Positions 12,151-25,546 of a DNA stretch of 48,677 bases are shown here, piece after piece. The stretch comes from Octopus bimaculoides (lineage: Eukaryota). The stretch spans positions 37,186,674 through 37,235,350 of the forward strand of contig NC_069002.1 of assembly GCF_001194135.2 (NCBI RefSeq). Reading direction: 5' to 3'. Position numbers and translations under genes: made by a program. Numbering within the stretch: the stretch's first letter is position 1; every line of letters starts with the position of its first letter. The notes under the pieces are model-generated. The model was not told the DNA's origin. It did not search any database and saw only the letters and a program-made list of their open reading frames with translations.

Positions 12151-15100
12151 TTATACCCGCTCCACATTCTGAAGTGTATATGTTCACTCTGTATGTGTTG
12201 GTGTATATTAGAAGTGTATAAGTTGGAGGCAACACCTGAAGTATAGTCAATTGGTCACTGTTGTGCCACAAGTTTTGGAAAGCGGGGTTAAATTTGTAAG
12301 ATTGTGGTTGAAAAACTTAAACCTTGGTAGACAAGGAAAACCAAAGTTTTTATTGCAGTTTTAACCTAGGTATGCCCTCATCAAGCAAATTGGTGATAAA
12401 ATGTTTTTAAGTTTTCACCCAGCCCCTTGGGCATCTTCTACTATAGTCCCAAGCCAATAAAAGCCTTGTGAACAGATTTAGTAAACAAAAAACGAAAAAC
12501 CCATTCTACATAATGTATGTATGCACTCATTTATATATCACAACATTCGAGCAGGGTTGTTGGTACTTTTGCCATCAATAATTTGTCTCCTCACTTCACG
12601 TCTATGAAGCCATGCAATATAAGAAATCCCTTACTTGAGAAACAGGTAAGGTTTACCATCAAGAAGGATACCCTACTGTAAAACAATGCTTCAATAACAC
12701 ATTCACCTCACCCATACTAGCATGAAAAAGCAGATGTAAAACGAATAGATGTTTGACAAATTTTGTCATCCTCTGCCCTAGTGACACTTTTACATAGACA
12801 TAAAACTTCGGGTTTTACACATAGAAGGAAGTGGCAACCTTCATGCCGATTCCATGGGATTTTAGGAAGACAAGCAATGCATTTTGAAGCAAGAATGAAA
12901 ACCGGATCAAAGAATGTTTGCCAAGAACTTTTCTCTCCTTATTGATAATGATTTCAAATGTTGATACAAGGCCAGCACTTTCGGGGAGGGGTTAAGTCAA
13001 TCCCCTCAACTCCAGTGTTCAGTTGGTCCTTGTTTTATCAAAAGAATGAGCGGATAAGCCAACCTTGGTGAAATTTGAACTCAGAATGTGGAGATAAAAT
13101 GCCACTAAGCATTTCGTGCCTGGCGTGCTGATGGTTCTGTCAGCTCACCACTTTTCTCCTCATTTGTTAATACTTGCATGTTTCTATTCTTTTCACAGAT
13201 CTCCAGAGTTCATTAGCTTGGTGCAGTGGTACTAAAACATTAAGTAGATGACAAATTTCAAACCAGACAGGATACCTGTTTATTGCAGATTCATTTCCTG
13301 GAGTGATATTGAACATGGTATTACTAATCAATAATCAATAAATAGGCACAGGTGTGGCATCTTGGGCAAGTGTCTTCTACTATAGCCTTAGGCCAACTAA
13401 AGTCATTGATAGACAAAAACTGAAACCATCAGATATATATGTTTATGTGTGTGTCTTTGTGTCTGCCCTCACCACCACTTGGCAACTGGTGTTAGTGTCT
13501 TTACATCCCCATGAATTAGCAGTTTAGCAAAAAAGACCAATATAATGAGTACTAGGCTTAAAAAATAAGTCTTGGGGTCGATTTGTTCAATTAGAACCCT
13601 TCAAAGCAGTGATTCAGCATGGTCGCAGTCAAATGATTGAAACAAGTAAAAGATAAATCATTGCACTTCCCAACCACATGGTTCCGGCCTCAGTCTCACG
13701 TCTCCTACTATAGCCACGCCTTGTAAGTGGATTCAGGAGACAGAAACTTCAAAGAAACTCATTGTATACATGTGTGTGTCCGTGTGTCCCACCTTGTTTT
13801 GACATTGCATGACAGTGGTAAATGATTGTCATTCATTTCTAATATTCTGCAAGAACATGCCTGGCCATGGGCAAACGTTGTTTGAAAATAGGTGAGAGTT
13901 GGCGACAGGAAAGACATCCAGCCATAGAAAATCTACCTTGATAAACTCCATCCAATCTTGGAAAAGTTAAATAATGTTGATGTTAATAATGATGATGATG
14001 ATGGATTGTCAAGCCTTTTGGCCAAGGATGTATTCCATTGCTGGTGATGGGCTGCTAATCACCAGGCAGTACACCTAATTGTCAACTTAGTGAGGATTCC
14101 TTTTAGTGGGTAAAATTTAACCTGTTAAGCTGTCTGAGACTGCCTGTCATTCTATGATGCAAAATTATCCATTTCACACTAGCATTTATGTTCAAACTGG
14201 CCAGGTCTGGTCTCTCACACCTACCTTACAATGTCATTCTAAAAGTAAACTGGGAAGATGACAGACCAAGATGACTTCAGCTCAGAACATAAAGAGCAGG
14301 AACTAATACATCACAGCATTTTGTCCAGTACTCTAATGCCAAGAGTAAACAGAGAGTATGTAACAGCTATTGTAAATAAAGGGTCTTCGTGTAAATATTT
14401 AAGATTTTAATCCATTAAAACCACTTTGCCTGGCCTAAATGTTGTTTTATGTTTAGATTCAATAGATCTGGCCTCACACCTATTCTACAATGTCATTCTA
14501 AAAGTAAACAATCACATCATTGAAATCTCAAAGCTACAACAAAATTCATGATTGATTTGATTAATTCAAAACAACAATGTGAATAAATAGGCATTACATT
14601 CAATAGTGTAACTTAAATGTTAAAGACAAAGTAAACAACTGCAAGAAAAGTTAGCTACCAACACAAACGATACTGGCTAAATGACCAACCAATCACTTAT
14701 TTGCAGTTTTCATTCCTCAACTGCCATCTCACCTTCTGTCAAATGAGTCGTTGGTTTACATCCAGTCACCTGTAATGCACTGCATTATAATCCAGGTAAA
14801 CACATTAAAAACTTACAACACTTCATCTATACCTAGCTGCAAACAAGTAACTATGAGGTACACTCCATTATTGTTTAACCCTAGGTCAATCCAGACTCAG
14901 GAGACCTGTAGCTAAAGGAATTCAAACCATGACCATTTCATCTATTTTTGATACTCTGCCCCAGTCAAGATGTTTGCAATATCACTTTTGGTCCTAGGAT
15001 ACAAAACTCCTGTTTTACAGTAATCTAAATTAAAACATTCCATCAGAATTTCCTGTTATGTTTCAAACACCAGATTAATAATGACAAAAGTTATTTTAAT

Positions 15101-15821
15101 AAACTCTTCATTATTTCAAAATCTAATTCAGAGGCTGCATGGTTCAACAGAAAGATGGTACTAAAGGGGTTCAGGTAAGTCCTTGTAGGTAGGTCTGCAG
15201 AATCTAATATGTTCTTTTATTGTTCAAGATGGTGTGATTTAATGGAGATTTGGCTGCTATTTAGAGTAAATTGAGCAATTAATACAGAGGCTCCCCATTG
15301 ACTTGTGTTGTAAGCAGTTCAAGAAGGGGATTTTGATGTTTCATTAACTTGCTGTGAATAGTGCAAATCCTCCAAAAGGGGTTTTGCCTGTAACAGAATA
15401 GCCCTGATTGTACCCTAACCCCTAATTCAATCACTCTTCCCACCACCACAACAGGTTAGACTCAGTATGAATGACCCCATACCTTCAATCCAATATACCA
15501 TTTTGTAACTATGTTGCATTTGTTTATTGGTGTATTTAGTAAACAAGTTGCAACAGATATGACACCAATTGCAATATAGATTAACAGAATGAGATAACTG
15601 TAAAGAGACTAGATTAAAAATTGGAAGAGAGATTAAGAATGAAATGTACTAATATGGCATCATAAAGTCTGCCCCTCTTTTAGGAAAACTGTCAGTCGCT
15701 ACCTTGTGTCACAAATAAGAATTACCATCATCAAAGGCTTTACTGAAAGAGATAGATACTTTCTACAAGAACATTTAGCAAGTAATGCTTTTATATATAT
15801 ATATATATATATACATATACA

Positions 15822-16100
15822 CATGGTGAAGTGGTTAGGGTATTCACCTCACAATCATAAATTCGGGAGTTCAATATCTGGTGGCACATTGAGCAAGACA
15901 CTTTATTTCAAGTTGCCCCAGTCTACTCAGCTGGTAAAAACGAGTAGTTCCTGTATTTGAAAAAACCAGATTTGCCACATTCTGTGTCATGCTAAATATC
16001 TTTGAGAACTATGTTAAGGATGGAGTGCTCAGCCTCTTGCACGTTAACTTCATAAGCAGGCTGTTCCATCAATCCAATCAACTGGAACCTTCATTGTCGT
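15822..16100 (+). mobile_element. tRNA-derived SINE family D
   Basis: Head with A-box/B-box-like motifs (GGTGAAGTGGTTAGG..GGAGTTCAATATC). The tail ..GATGGCGTGCCAGTT recurs reversed at about 27768-27830. Confidence 0.55.
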
Positions 16101-18100
16101 ACTGATGGCGTGCCAGTTATATATACATATATATTATTGTAATGACCAGACTACTGGATGTTGTTACATACACCACTAGTCACAATGCATTTCCTCTCAT
16201 TGTTGTAACTTTCAAATACTGTTACATCGTTGGCTAGGCATGCAAACCAACATTCCTCCTAAACTGACCACCATTCTGTTGTAGAGTTATTCATTACAAG
16301 TGAGTGGATTGGAACAATATGAAGTGAAGTATTCTGCTCAAGAGCACAATGTACTGCTGGTCTGAAAAAAAAAACAATCTTGCAATCATAAGTACAACGC
16401 CCTAACTGCTAGGCTGTGTGCTGACGCATGTATATAAGCGATAGCGGCAGTATTAATTAAATAAATATACATTGGCAACAAGTTCACTGGCTAATTGTGA
16501 CCCCAGTGCCTGCTCTGGCACTATTTTTCTTATATATCACTGGAAGGGAGATAAGTTGTTGCTATCTCTAGTGGCCGAGCGTCCATCACTGACAAGACCA
16601 AGGAAGGTTGAAATCACGTGATCTGGAGGTGACAAGGACTTATCTTTCCACTAGCAATATAAGCAAGAGTACACTTTGCACCAAATGCCAATATGTGAAT
16701 TTCCCTCATGGTATCTACTGCAGTATAGTCTGTCCTAACATAACATCCACATTTAAGTGGGGATAAATATATATTCATATGCATACACAATACAATAGAC
16801 TTCTTTCAGTTACTGATTACCAAATCCATTCACAAGGTTTTCGTTGGCTCAGGGCTATATTAGAAGACACTTGTCCAAGTTGCCATGAAGGGGAACAAAC
16901 CTGAAACCATGTGATTTGGAAACCTACTTCTCAATCACACCCATAACAATTACAACCCATGTTAACCAATTCCACATTCAGTTCGCTTCTACTTTCTTGT
17001 GATTCATTAGGTTTATTCAGGTTAAGTGTAAGCAGAGGTACTTGCAACAGAGGTACTCTGCACCTGTCCAGATGCTTGCAATACAGGTACCCTCTACCTT
17101 TCAAGGTGCTTGCCACTACATCACCAAAATCTTTTGACAGTTAGTCAATTTGAAGAGATAATATGTGGTAACTAATAACTGCTAATACAAATATTGCTTT
17201 CTACAACTATGAATAAAAAGAAAACAAACAACAAAAAAAGAAAGCAACAAACAAACAGAACAGCTAATTTCAATGTTTAAACTGTTGTTAATTAATAGTA
17301 ATCATACATGGATTTTTTTTTTTCTCGGGGGGAAAAACTCAACATATTTATTCAAGGGAAACTACGGATTTAAATAAACATTACAAGACTTTTTTGCATT
17401 GTTTATATATACATAATATAAACTGGTTTCCATATGAATAGTGTGTGTACATACTTTAATATCTATATACTCTATACACACACACACTCGCTCATGAGTG
17501 TGTGTGTATAAACATATTTTTTTAAGATTGGAGACAAATCATAAACACACATATATACATACTTAAAAAAAAAAGTTATACACCCACAGGGAATCATGCA
17601 ACATACATTTTCATACAAATATGAGAGGGATAGAAAACAGCCAACACGCACACACATGCACGCGTCAACACACAATCTGAAGACTGAAGTCAATATGTGT
17701 TTCAGTCACAGATATACTATATAAACATCACAGATATCATGTTTGGTGACATGATGGGTAAAATTCAGCTTTGGGTAATGTCTTCTTCCCTTGTGACTAA
17801 CTTGAAACAAAGAAGAGAGATAACCAAAGTTTTCTTTACCTCGATAGAATCACACACATGTACATATACATATGCATGTGTGAGATTCACATACAAATAT
17901 GCATGAGTATTTGAAGGGCTAGCTAGTCGGATAACTAGCTAGCTAGTCACTCTCTAAGGAAACGACTCAAGACATTAAAAATGCGGAGAATTAATATATA
18001 TTGACTAGTTTCATTACGAAGTGAAACATGTTTGACAAGATCACATGATCGAAAAATACAGCAGTTTGTAATGAAACTATTCAATAACTAAATGCATGAC

Positions 18101-18164
<64 letters not shown>

Positions 18165-18985
18165 CTCATCAGTTAGGTTTTTTAATTGGTCTTTTTCATT
18201 ATCAGCTTTATCATAAGTCACAAAACTTGCTCGCAAGATGGTCTGTCCTTTGCAATGGTGACTAGTGTGTGTGTGTGTGTGTGTGTGTGCAGGAGGGTGG
18301 GATGAGCAGATGGGTTGTAGTGGTGTGAGTGGGTGCATGGTGGAGACACGGGTCAAAGACAGGCAGAGTCCAGAGGTTGATGCTGCAATGAATCTAGAAA
18401 ACTGGGCCCAGCAGAGGGTGCTGTGTGCAGCTTATGATGTTTATGATGGCAATAGTGGTGATAATGATGCTGTGATGGGGGATAGGAAAATAAAATGAAA
18501 AAAAAAAACAAGAGAACACAGCCAAAAGAAAAAGAAAACAAAAAGATCAAAGTTGGATGTGGTACAACAGAAGAAACAATATCTCAAAGATGAATTCCAT
18601 AAGTATATATATATGGTACACATTAGAAAAAAAAAATAGCCAGTAAGTACACACTGAATCAGTCCCAGCCAACAAATTCCAGAATCCTGCAAAAAAAAAA
18701 AAAAAAATCCACTGCTTGGGAGCATCTGGTGAGAGTAGTGGTGAGGAGAGATAGTTGCAGGGATTGGATAGGCTGTTGGACATGATGAAAGGGGTGTGTG
18801 CATATGAAGGGGGGGAGCATTGCAGGCCATAGATTGGATGGATGGAGAGGCAGTGGATGAGTGTGTGAGCGAGAGTGAGTGTGTGTGTGTGTGTGTGTGT
18901 GTGATAGCTTTGCAAGGCAAGCTGAAAAGGAGGAAACTGGCCAAGACAAGGTGAGCTGTTGGGGATAAATACTTGGTTAAGTTAG

Positions 18986-19861
18986 NNNNNNNNNNNNNNN
19001 NNNNNNNNNNNNNNNNNNNNNNNNNNNNNNNNNNNNNNNNNNNNNNNNNNNNNNNNNNNNNNNNNNNNNNNNNNNNNNNNNNNNNNNNNNNNNNNNNNNN
19101 NNNNNNNNNNNNNNNNNNNNNNNNNNNNNNNNNNNNNNNNNNNNNNNNNNNNNNNNNNNNNNNNNNNNNNNNNNNNNNNNNNNNNNNNNNNNNNNNNNNN
19201 NNNNNNNNNNNNNNNNNNNNNNNNNNNNNNNNNNNNNNNNNNNNNNNNNNNNNNNNNNNNNNNNNNNNNNNNNNNNNNNNNNNNNNNNNNNNNNNNNNNN
19301 NNNNNNNNNNNNNNNNNNNNNNNNNNNNNNNNNNNNNNNNNNNNNNNNNNNNNNNNNNNNNNNNNNNNNNNNNNNNNNNNNNNNNNNNNNNNNNNNNNNN
19401 NNNNNNNNNNNNNNNNNNNNNNNNNNNNNNNNNNNNNNNNNNNNNNNNNNNNNNNNNNNNNNNNNNNNNNNNNNNNNNNNNNNNNNNNNNNNNNNNNNNN
19501 NNNNNNNNNNNNNNNNNNNNNNNNNNNNNNNNNNNNNNNNNNNNNNNNNNNNNNNNNNNNNNNNNNNNNNNNNNNNNNNNNNNNNNNNNNNNNNNNNNNN
19601 NNNNNNNNNNNNNNNNNNNNNNNNNNNNNNNNNNNNNNNNNNNNNNNNNNNNNNNNNNNNNNNNNNNNNNNNNNNNNNNNNNNNNNNNNNNNNNNNNNNN
19701 NNNNNNNNNNNNNNNNNNNNNNNNNNNNNNNNNNNNNNNNNNNNNNNNNNNNNNNNNNNNNNNNNNNNNNNNNNNNNNNNNNNNNNNNNNNNNNNNNNNN
19801 NNNNNNNNNNNNNNNNNNNNNNNNNNNNNNNNNNNNNNNNNNNNNNNNNNNNNNNNNNNNN
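18986..19861. other. Assembly gap (876 N)
   Basis: N run; the long X-containing ORFs across it are artefacts. Confidence 1.
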
Positions 19862-19863
19862 AT

Positions 19864-19915
<52 letters not shown>

Positions 19916-20483
19916 TCATACATATATACACACATATACATACACACACACATACGTATACATACACATGTGTGCATGTGTATGTAAATATATGTATATA
20001 TTGACACATGCACACTTATGCATCCCGGTAATTCCTGAAAATCTAAGCATATCAGGGAATTCTGTTATGAGAGATTGATTTCCATTTAAGTTGAAAGTTG
20101 AAGGAGAATCCATTTCCTATCATGGAACAGAATCCGATATTTTGTCAAGACTTTCAGGAATGCAACACTTTTGTGAAACAAGTGTGCTGCCTCTTAATAT
20201 ATGTAATTACACAAGCATACATATATGTGAGTGTATATATATGTATATATACACACACGCATATACATTCTATGCTAGTTAATATAAGTAATTATACATA
20301 TATGTGTGTTTGTGTTTGAGTATATATATGTGTGTATGTATGTATGTATGTACATACATATATTTTATATGCTTATGTACCACACACACATATACATAGG
20401 TTTATGCATATACATGTGTATTACATATGTACATACATACACCCATATCTATATATATATATATATATATCTATATATATATA

Positions 20484-20517
<34 letters not shown>

Positions 20518-20796
20518 TAGATAGTCACATTTATATAGAAACAGAAAGAAACAGTTATAAAGTAATTGTAATATTACAGGAAGAAAAAACTGCAATGAAT
20601 CCATATTCTGGGGGGCAGCGATAATAGACAGTGAAACGTTTTATAGCCAGTGAACAGGTGAGATGAAGGTAAACACAGGCAGGTAAAGGCTGGCATTGCA
20701 AACAGGTTGGTAGGAAGAAAGGAAGTTAGGTTGATAAATTGTTGGGTGAGCACCCAAAGAGAGGTGTGAACATGGCATATAATAGGCCATTTTTAT

Positions 20797-20991
20797 TCAA
20801 GCCATGTAGATGAACAAGTTGATGTTATCCTCATCACGGCGCATATATTTATGTTCAATCAACCACTCTATCTGTTCTTTGATGAGCTTTTTGGAGGGAA
20901 GAAACATATTCTTCAGGATCTCTACCAGTTCTGTCTGGAGGGCAGCATTGGTAATTTTCTTGCGCATCTTCATGATCTTTACGATAGCTTC
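20797..20991 (-). CDS. CUL5: Cullin-5 coding exon 18 (terminal; neddylation winged-helix domain)
   Basis: ccag|EAIVKIMKMRKKITNAALQTELVEILKNMFLPSKKLIKEQIEWLIEHKYMRRDEDNINLFIYMA*; 195 nt. The IMKMRK neddylation-lysine motif is intact. The 18 exons sum to 2337 nt (778 aa plus stop). Confidence 0.98.
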   Translation of the reverse strand, partial: EAIVKIMKMRKKITNAALQTELVEILKNMFLPSKKLIKEQIEWLIEHKYMRRDEDNINLFIYMA

Positions 20992-22033
20992 CTGGAAATT
21001 CAATAAAATACAATGAAATTTTAAGAATCTTTATAATTATATTATCTAAATGCATGTGAGTACATATATGTATGCATATATATCATCATTATATCATAAT
21101 ATCCACTTTTCCATGGTTGCTCGGGTTGGATGGAATTTGTTGAGGCAGATTTTTCTAGTTAGATGCTCTTCCTGTCACCAATCTTCACCTGTTTCCAAGT
21201 AAGGTAATATTTCCCCCTGACTAGGTTTTTTGTTTGGAAGATTGGAGATGAAGGAGCCTGCCTGTCGATGGTGACACTTGTCAACAACAATCACATGATG
21301 TCAAGACAAAGAAACACCAACTCTCTCTCACACACACACACACACAGATATATATGATAATACAAGATTCTTTCAGTTTCTAATCTACCAAATCCACTTA
21401 CAAGGCTTGGTCAGCCCAGATCTATAATAGAAGGCACTTGTCCAAGGTGTCATGATGTGTGTGTGTGTGGATATTTACATATGGTCATTTGGTCAACATG
21501 GAAGATAATTGAATCCCTGAGAAATTTCTGTATGGGGAATTAGCTCAGGGTAAAAAAATCAGCACATGTACAGAAATTAAGACATAAGGACTCCACCAAG
21601 AATAGCTTGGAGAAAATCAAAATCTTAGAAAATGTCTCAGTTAAAGACATTCAGCCTTCAAACTAGTAAATGCATAACATGGGTGTAACTTAGTTCTTAA
21701 GTAGTTGGAGCAGTTCAAAAGTTACTGTCATGCTGACATGGCAAAGATTTGGAATGTCTGAACGTTTTTGTTAGAATATTTCTGCTGAAATGCACTGCCT
21801 TTGTTTCAATTAATTTTGATAATAATAAAAAAAATTTATTAAAATAACTTTGACAGCATTAAGCTGGGGTTTGGGACATAAATTAACATGGAATTTGGAT
21901 AAAAGGTTTTAATTTCGACAACTTTAAAATGGGAAGTTTGTATCATAGGACCAAGGGCAGTTTCACGTGGATTGGTATCTAAGGGGGGGGGGGTGCTGCA
22001 GTTAATAACAATGTGATAAGGATTCAGACAAAC

Positions 22034-22157
22034 CTGGACACGCAGAATCCTCAGCTGCATGATGCTTTCATTGTCTTCCTCTTTACTCTTCTCTGTGGAT
22101 AATTGCAACCGGCCTACCAGGTTGATACGACCTCTTTTCTGTGGCCTTCCATTTTTA
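22034..22157 (-). CDS. CUL5: Cullin-5 coding exon 17
   Basis: ccgtag|(I)KNGRPQKRGRINLVGRLQLSTEKSKEEDNESIMQLRILRVQ|gtttgt; 124 nt. Confidence 0.96.
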
Positions 22158-22579
22158 CTACGGAAAATACAAAGGCAAGGAATATCAGTGAGAGGAACCG
22201 AGATGTCTTGAACAGCAATTGATAGCATATTTATTCATGTTGTTTGAGCTGCTAACAAAGTACTGCAACGGAGTATAGATTTGTATATAAATAGAGACTG
22301 TGACCTTTATTTACAGACTCCTCAGAGTTTTAAACCTAACTGAATTACAAATCAGCAAAGAAGTTTCTATGTTGTCACTCAACTTGCTAGAAATGGTAAC
22401 CAAATTTCTATGTATTTGTGTCACACACACAAAAAAACTGAGGGTCTCATACGATAATGTGATGCCAACTACACCATATTGAGATTTAGCTGAATTCCTT
22501 TAATGATAATCAGTTAGGAAGAACCAGGAGGAATTCCAACCAAATTTCGTGATTTGATACCTCAACAGCTCCTTTATAG

Positions 22580-23235
22580 AATCCAGTGGCTAAAGACATC
22601 ATCAGGAGGAAGCATGTCCAGTTTCGGCCCTTACTCCTCAACTGTTTTCGACATGGCAGAGGTCCCTCTTTTGGAGGTGTTTTCAGCTCTGGTGTTGAGT
22701 GCGTTTCTTCTTTCTCCTCTTTTCTTTTGTTGTTTGGTTTCTTCGATGCAGCATCAACAAATCTCAGCAGGCAAATGACCATCCTGCTAAATTTCTCTTT
22801 AAATACTTGCCAGTAGGCTTCAACAGCCAGCACCAGCTAACTGTCACATGACACTGTCTAAGCTTCAACTGACCAATGGAAGGGAAGGGCACGTAGTTTT
22901 AGTTTGATCCCTCTCTAAACCTGCCTTCCAACAGCGTCAGGTTAGTTTCAGTTCAAGCAGCCAGAGCCGACCAGCTGTTTGGTGGTACAAGCCTTTGAAC
23001 CAGGAGGAGAGCATGCTATGAATGAGATGGCTACTTTGGCCCACCTGTCAATCAGCAATGCTGCTTAAGTGTCAGCCAGCCTCACCTAGCGACGCTATTT
23101 CCCAGTCAGCATGTTATGGCTTTGAAGCCATTTTGGATCTTCTCGTTTCAGCCATAAATAGAAGCTGGCTTTGTCAACTGACTCCTGTATCCTCCTTATT
23201 ACTTTTCTCAGCTCTGAGCTCGAAAATGCGTCACC
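22580..23235 (-). mobile_element. Probable 3' end of a restriction-like-endonuclease (NeSL/Hero-type) non-LTR retrotransposon
   Basis: 23235-23095 reads ELRKVIRRIQESVDKASFYLWLKREDPKW..*, similar to the AExASxWxWxKR C-terminus of such elements; a GC-richer putative 3'UTR follows. Confidence 0.5.
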
Positions 23236-23343
23236 TTTTTCCTTTGTTAAGTGTATTATATTGATGATGTTTTTATTATAGAGTAGCTGCTATTGCTTAA
23301 TTGAAATTGACATTTAAAAAAATATTAAAATACTAAAACTTAC

Positions 23344-23462
23344 ATTAAAGCAAACTTTTGATTAATCCAGAACTGAGTGCTGTCTTCAAAATCCTTTGGA
23401 GATTTGGCTTCAGGTTCACATAAAAGAACTTGTTTTTTCAATTTGGGAAATGCAACAAAAGA
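23344..23462 (-). CDS. CUL5: Cullin-5 coding exon 16
   Basis: tttcag|SFVAFPKLKKQVLLCEPEAKSPKDFEDSTQFWINQKFAL(I)|gtaagt; 119 nt; not in the ORF track. Confidence 0.96.
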
Positions 23463-23625
23463 CTGAAAGGAAAAGATGGTAGACAATTAACTACAAAATT
23501 CATTCACAAGGCTTTTCATCTGTGCAGATCTATATAAATACAAAATACTTGCACCAGATGCCTCCACAACCATATCTGTGCATACATGCATACCTGAAAA
23601 AAAAAAACAACAAAAGATTGCTTAC

Positions 23626-23787
23626 CGAAAGAGTTCTTCGTAGTTCTGAATCGGGTAGTTCAGTTGCTAACCGTAAACTTTCATATGAGATCTTATCCTT
23701 TGGCCTTTGATTCCAAGCAAACAAAACACCCATTTGGAAGGTTGTCACTTCTAAATCAAAGCGACCAAAATCGTTACAAAAGGTTAT
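23626..23787 (-). CDS. CUL5: Cullin-5 coding exon 15
   Basis: gcag|ITFCNDFGRFDLEVTTFQMGVLFAWNQRPKDKISYESLRLATELPDSELRRTLS|gtaagc; 162 nt. Confidence 0.97.
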
Positions 23788-24049
23788 CTGCCAAAATAAT
23801 TGCAAAAACAGAAGATAGAATGAGAGAAGAAAAAGCAGAATGGATGAAAATATCTCTATTATACAAGTAGAAACACTGAAATATTTTAACAAGTTCTAAA
23901 AAGGGTTTAATTCTTTTAATTACTAAAAACATGTCTATGAATCTTAAAAATAAAGTATAACAACAAAAAGGACAGAATTTTATAGAAATATAAAGTTATA
24001 CAGAATTTTTCCTTTAGCAGACCTTTTCAACAGAGTTTCAAATTTTTGG

Positions 24050-24250
24050 CACAAGGCCAGTAATTTTGGGGAGGGATTAAGTCAATTACATCGATCCCAG
24101 TACTCAACTGGTACTTATTTTATCAACCTCAAAAGGATGAAAAGTAAAAGTCAACCTGGGCAGAATTTGAACTCAGAATGTAAAATAGGACGATATGCTG
24201 CTAAGCATTTTTCCCAGCGTGCTAACAATTCTGCCAGCTCACCATCTTAA
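24050..24250 (-). mobile_element. tRNA-derived SINE family B (representative)
   Basis: Minus strand: GGTGAGCTGGCAGAATTGTTAGCAC..GAGTTCAAATTCTGCCCAGGTTGACTTT..CATCCTTT..GATAAAATAAGTACCAG. Copies at about 4480-4680 (+), 12970-13150, 28065-28190 and 28555-28715. Confidence 0.7.
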
Positions 24251-24372
24251 ACACCTGCCCTAACACAAGTTGTCCAAGCTTGTGTTTATTCAATTTTCGT
24301 TCTTTCAATAATTATTTCATTAGCATGGAGCTGTAGCATAAAAAACAAGAAGTCTTTGGTACAATTACTCAC

Positions 24373-24545
24373 CACACCATTGGACATTAGATGGTGCCAC
24401 TGTAGTTTGCGTCCATTGTGTTTTTGTCTGTAAAATTCTTCGACTTGTGGGATGTAGTCTTCTAGTTCCATTGGTAGTGTTACTGATATACGATCACTAG
24501 TTCTAGCCCAGGCACCAGCATTCAAAATTTTTATATTGATAGCAT
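24373..24545 (-). CDS. CUL5: Cullin-5 coding exon 14
   Basis: tttag|(D)AINIKILNAGAWARTSDRISVTLPMELEDYIPQVEEFYRQKHNGRKLQWHHLMSNGV|gtgagt; 173 nt. Confidence 0.97.
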
Positions 24546-24619
24546 CTAAAAATGAAAAGTAAAAAATGCTATAAACCTCATGGTACTGATGATACTGGGA
24601 GCAGCAGCAATGATATAAA

Positions 24620-24755
24620 ATGGGCTTCTTTCAGTTTCCGTCTACCAAATCCACTTACAAGGCTTTGGTTGGCCCAAGGCTATAGTAGAAGACACTTGCC
24701 GAAGGTGCCACATGGTGGGACTGAACCCAGAACCATATGGTTGGGAAGCCATGCC
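24620..24755 (-). mobile_element. SINE family A (representative minus copy)
   Basis: Reverse complement of the 29995 copy. Other minus copies at about 5830-5960, 16800-16930, 21365-21450 and 41893-42046. Confidence 0.75.
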
Positions 24756-24800
24756 TGTGTCTATAATGTTTAAAAAATTTTCAATTTCACTTTTCCTCAC

Positions 24801-24927
24801 CTGCCAATGCATCGTTATTATTGTTTCGAAAGACTTCTTTGAATTCTTGATTAAGATCTTCACTGACTTGGATATCTTGGAACATTCTGGCTAGTTTATT
24901 TACATAATCTGCAGGCATACCAACCTC
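24801..24927 (-). CDS. CUL5: Cullin-5 coding exon 13
   Basis: cttag|EVGMPADYVNKLARMFQDIQVSEDLNQEFKEVFRNNNNDALA(D)|gtgagg; 127 nt. Confidence 0.97.
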
Positions 24928-25414
24928 CTAAGAAATTACAAAAAAAAAAAAAAAAAAAAAATGGTAGAGATGATGATGGCTTCTAATTCAGGTTTTATTT
25001 TTTTCCATTAACGAAATTAAAGGGGAAAAAAATAAACCTTAACTTCAGTTGATTTATCCAACTTGGCATCAGTCTCAACAAACAGATTGAGAAGCGTAAA
25101 AGTTGAAAAAAAATTAAAAAATAAATAAATAAAATAAAACACCTTAAAAACTAATTCTGATTGGAAAATCAAATAAAATACATGTGAAAATATGTACAAA
25201 CCATTTATCAAAACATATATAAGCTAATAAAGTTTTAAAAATGTTTTTCATGTTACAGCATTTTTTGAGTTTAGTTGCATGTTTTGGAACCAATTACCAA
25301 CAGAAGATGGGATATATCTATAACTACTTCATGATGTAATTTAATGGAAGATTTAGATAATTAGATTGTTAAATACACACACAGATAGCGAGTATTTGAA
25401 TCAGTTAAACTTAC

Positions 25415-25546
25415 TCTCAGCCATTCAACCATATTTTCTTCTTTCTCATTGTCAGCTGATGTGTCCAAGATAAGACGACGTGTGAGATGGGCTTTATGAT
25501 ACCTCATGAAGACATCCTTATTTTGAACGTATTTCAAAACAAGTAA
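25415..25546 (-). CDS. CUL5: Cullin-5 coding exon 12
   Basis: ttcag|LLVLKYVQNKDVFMRYHKAHLTRRLILDTSADNEKEENMVEWLR|gtaagt; 132 nt. Confidence 0.97.

Noticed and set aside
15822-15900. tRNA genes
   Set aside because: The tRNA-like A/B boxes belong to SINE heads; no cloverleaf could be formed.
18441-20015. Long ORFs (300-524 aa) in the ORF track
   Set aside because: They consist of X from the 876-N gap plus (AT)/(GT) microsatellite translations.
22510-22833. Overlapping 74-107 aa ORFs in CUL5 intron 16
   Set aside because: No homology recognised; they lie in a probable retroelement 3'UTR, and the true exon 16 is at 23344-23462.
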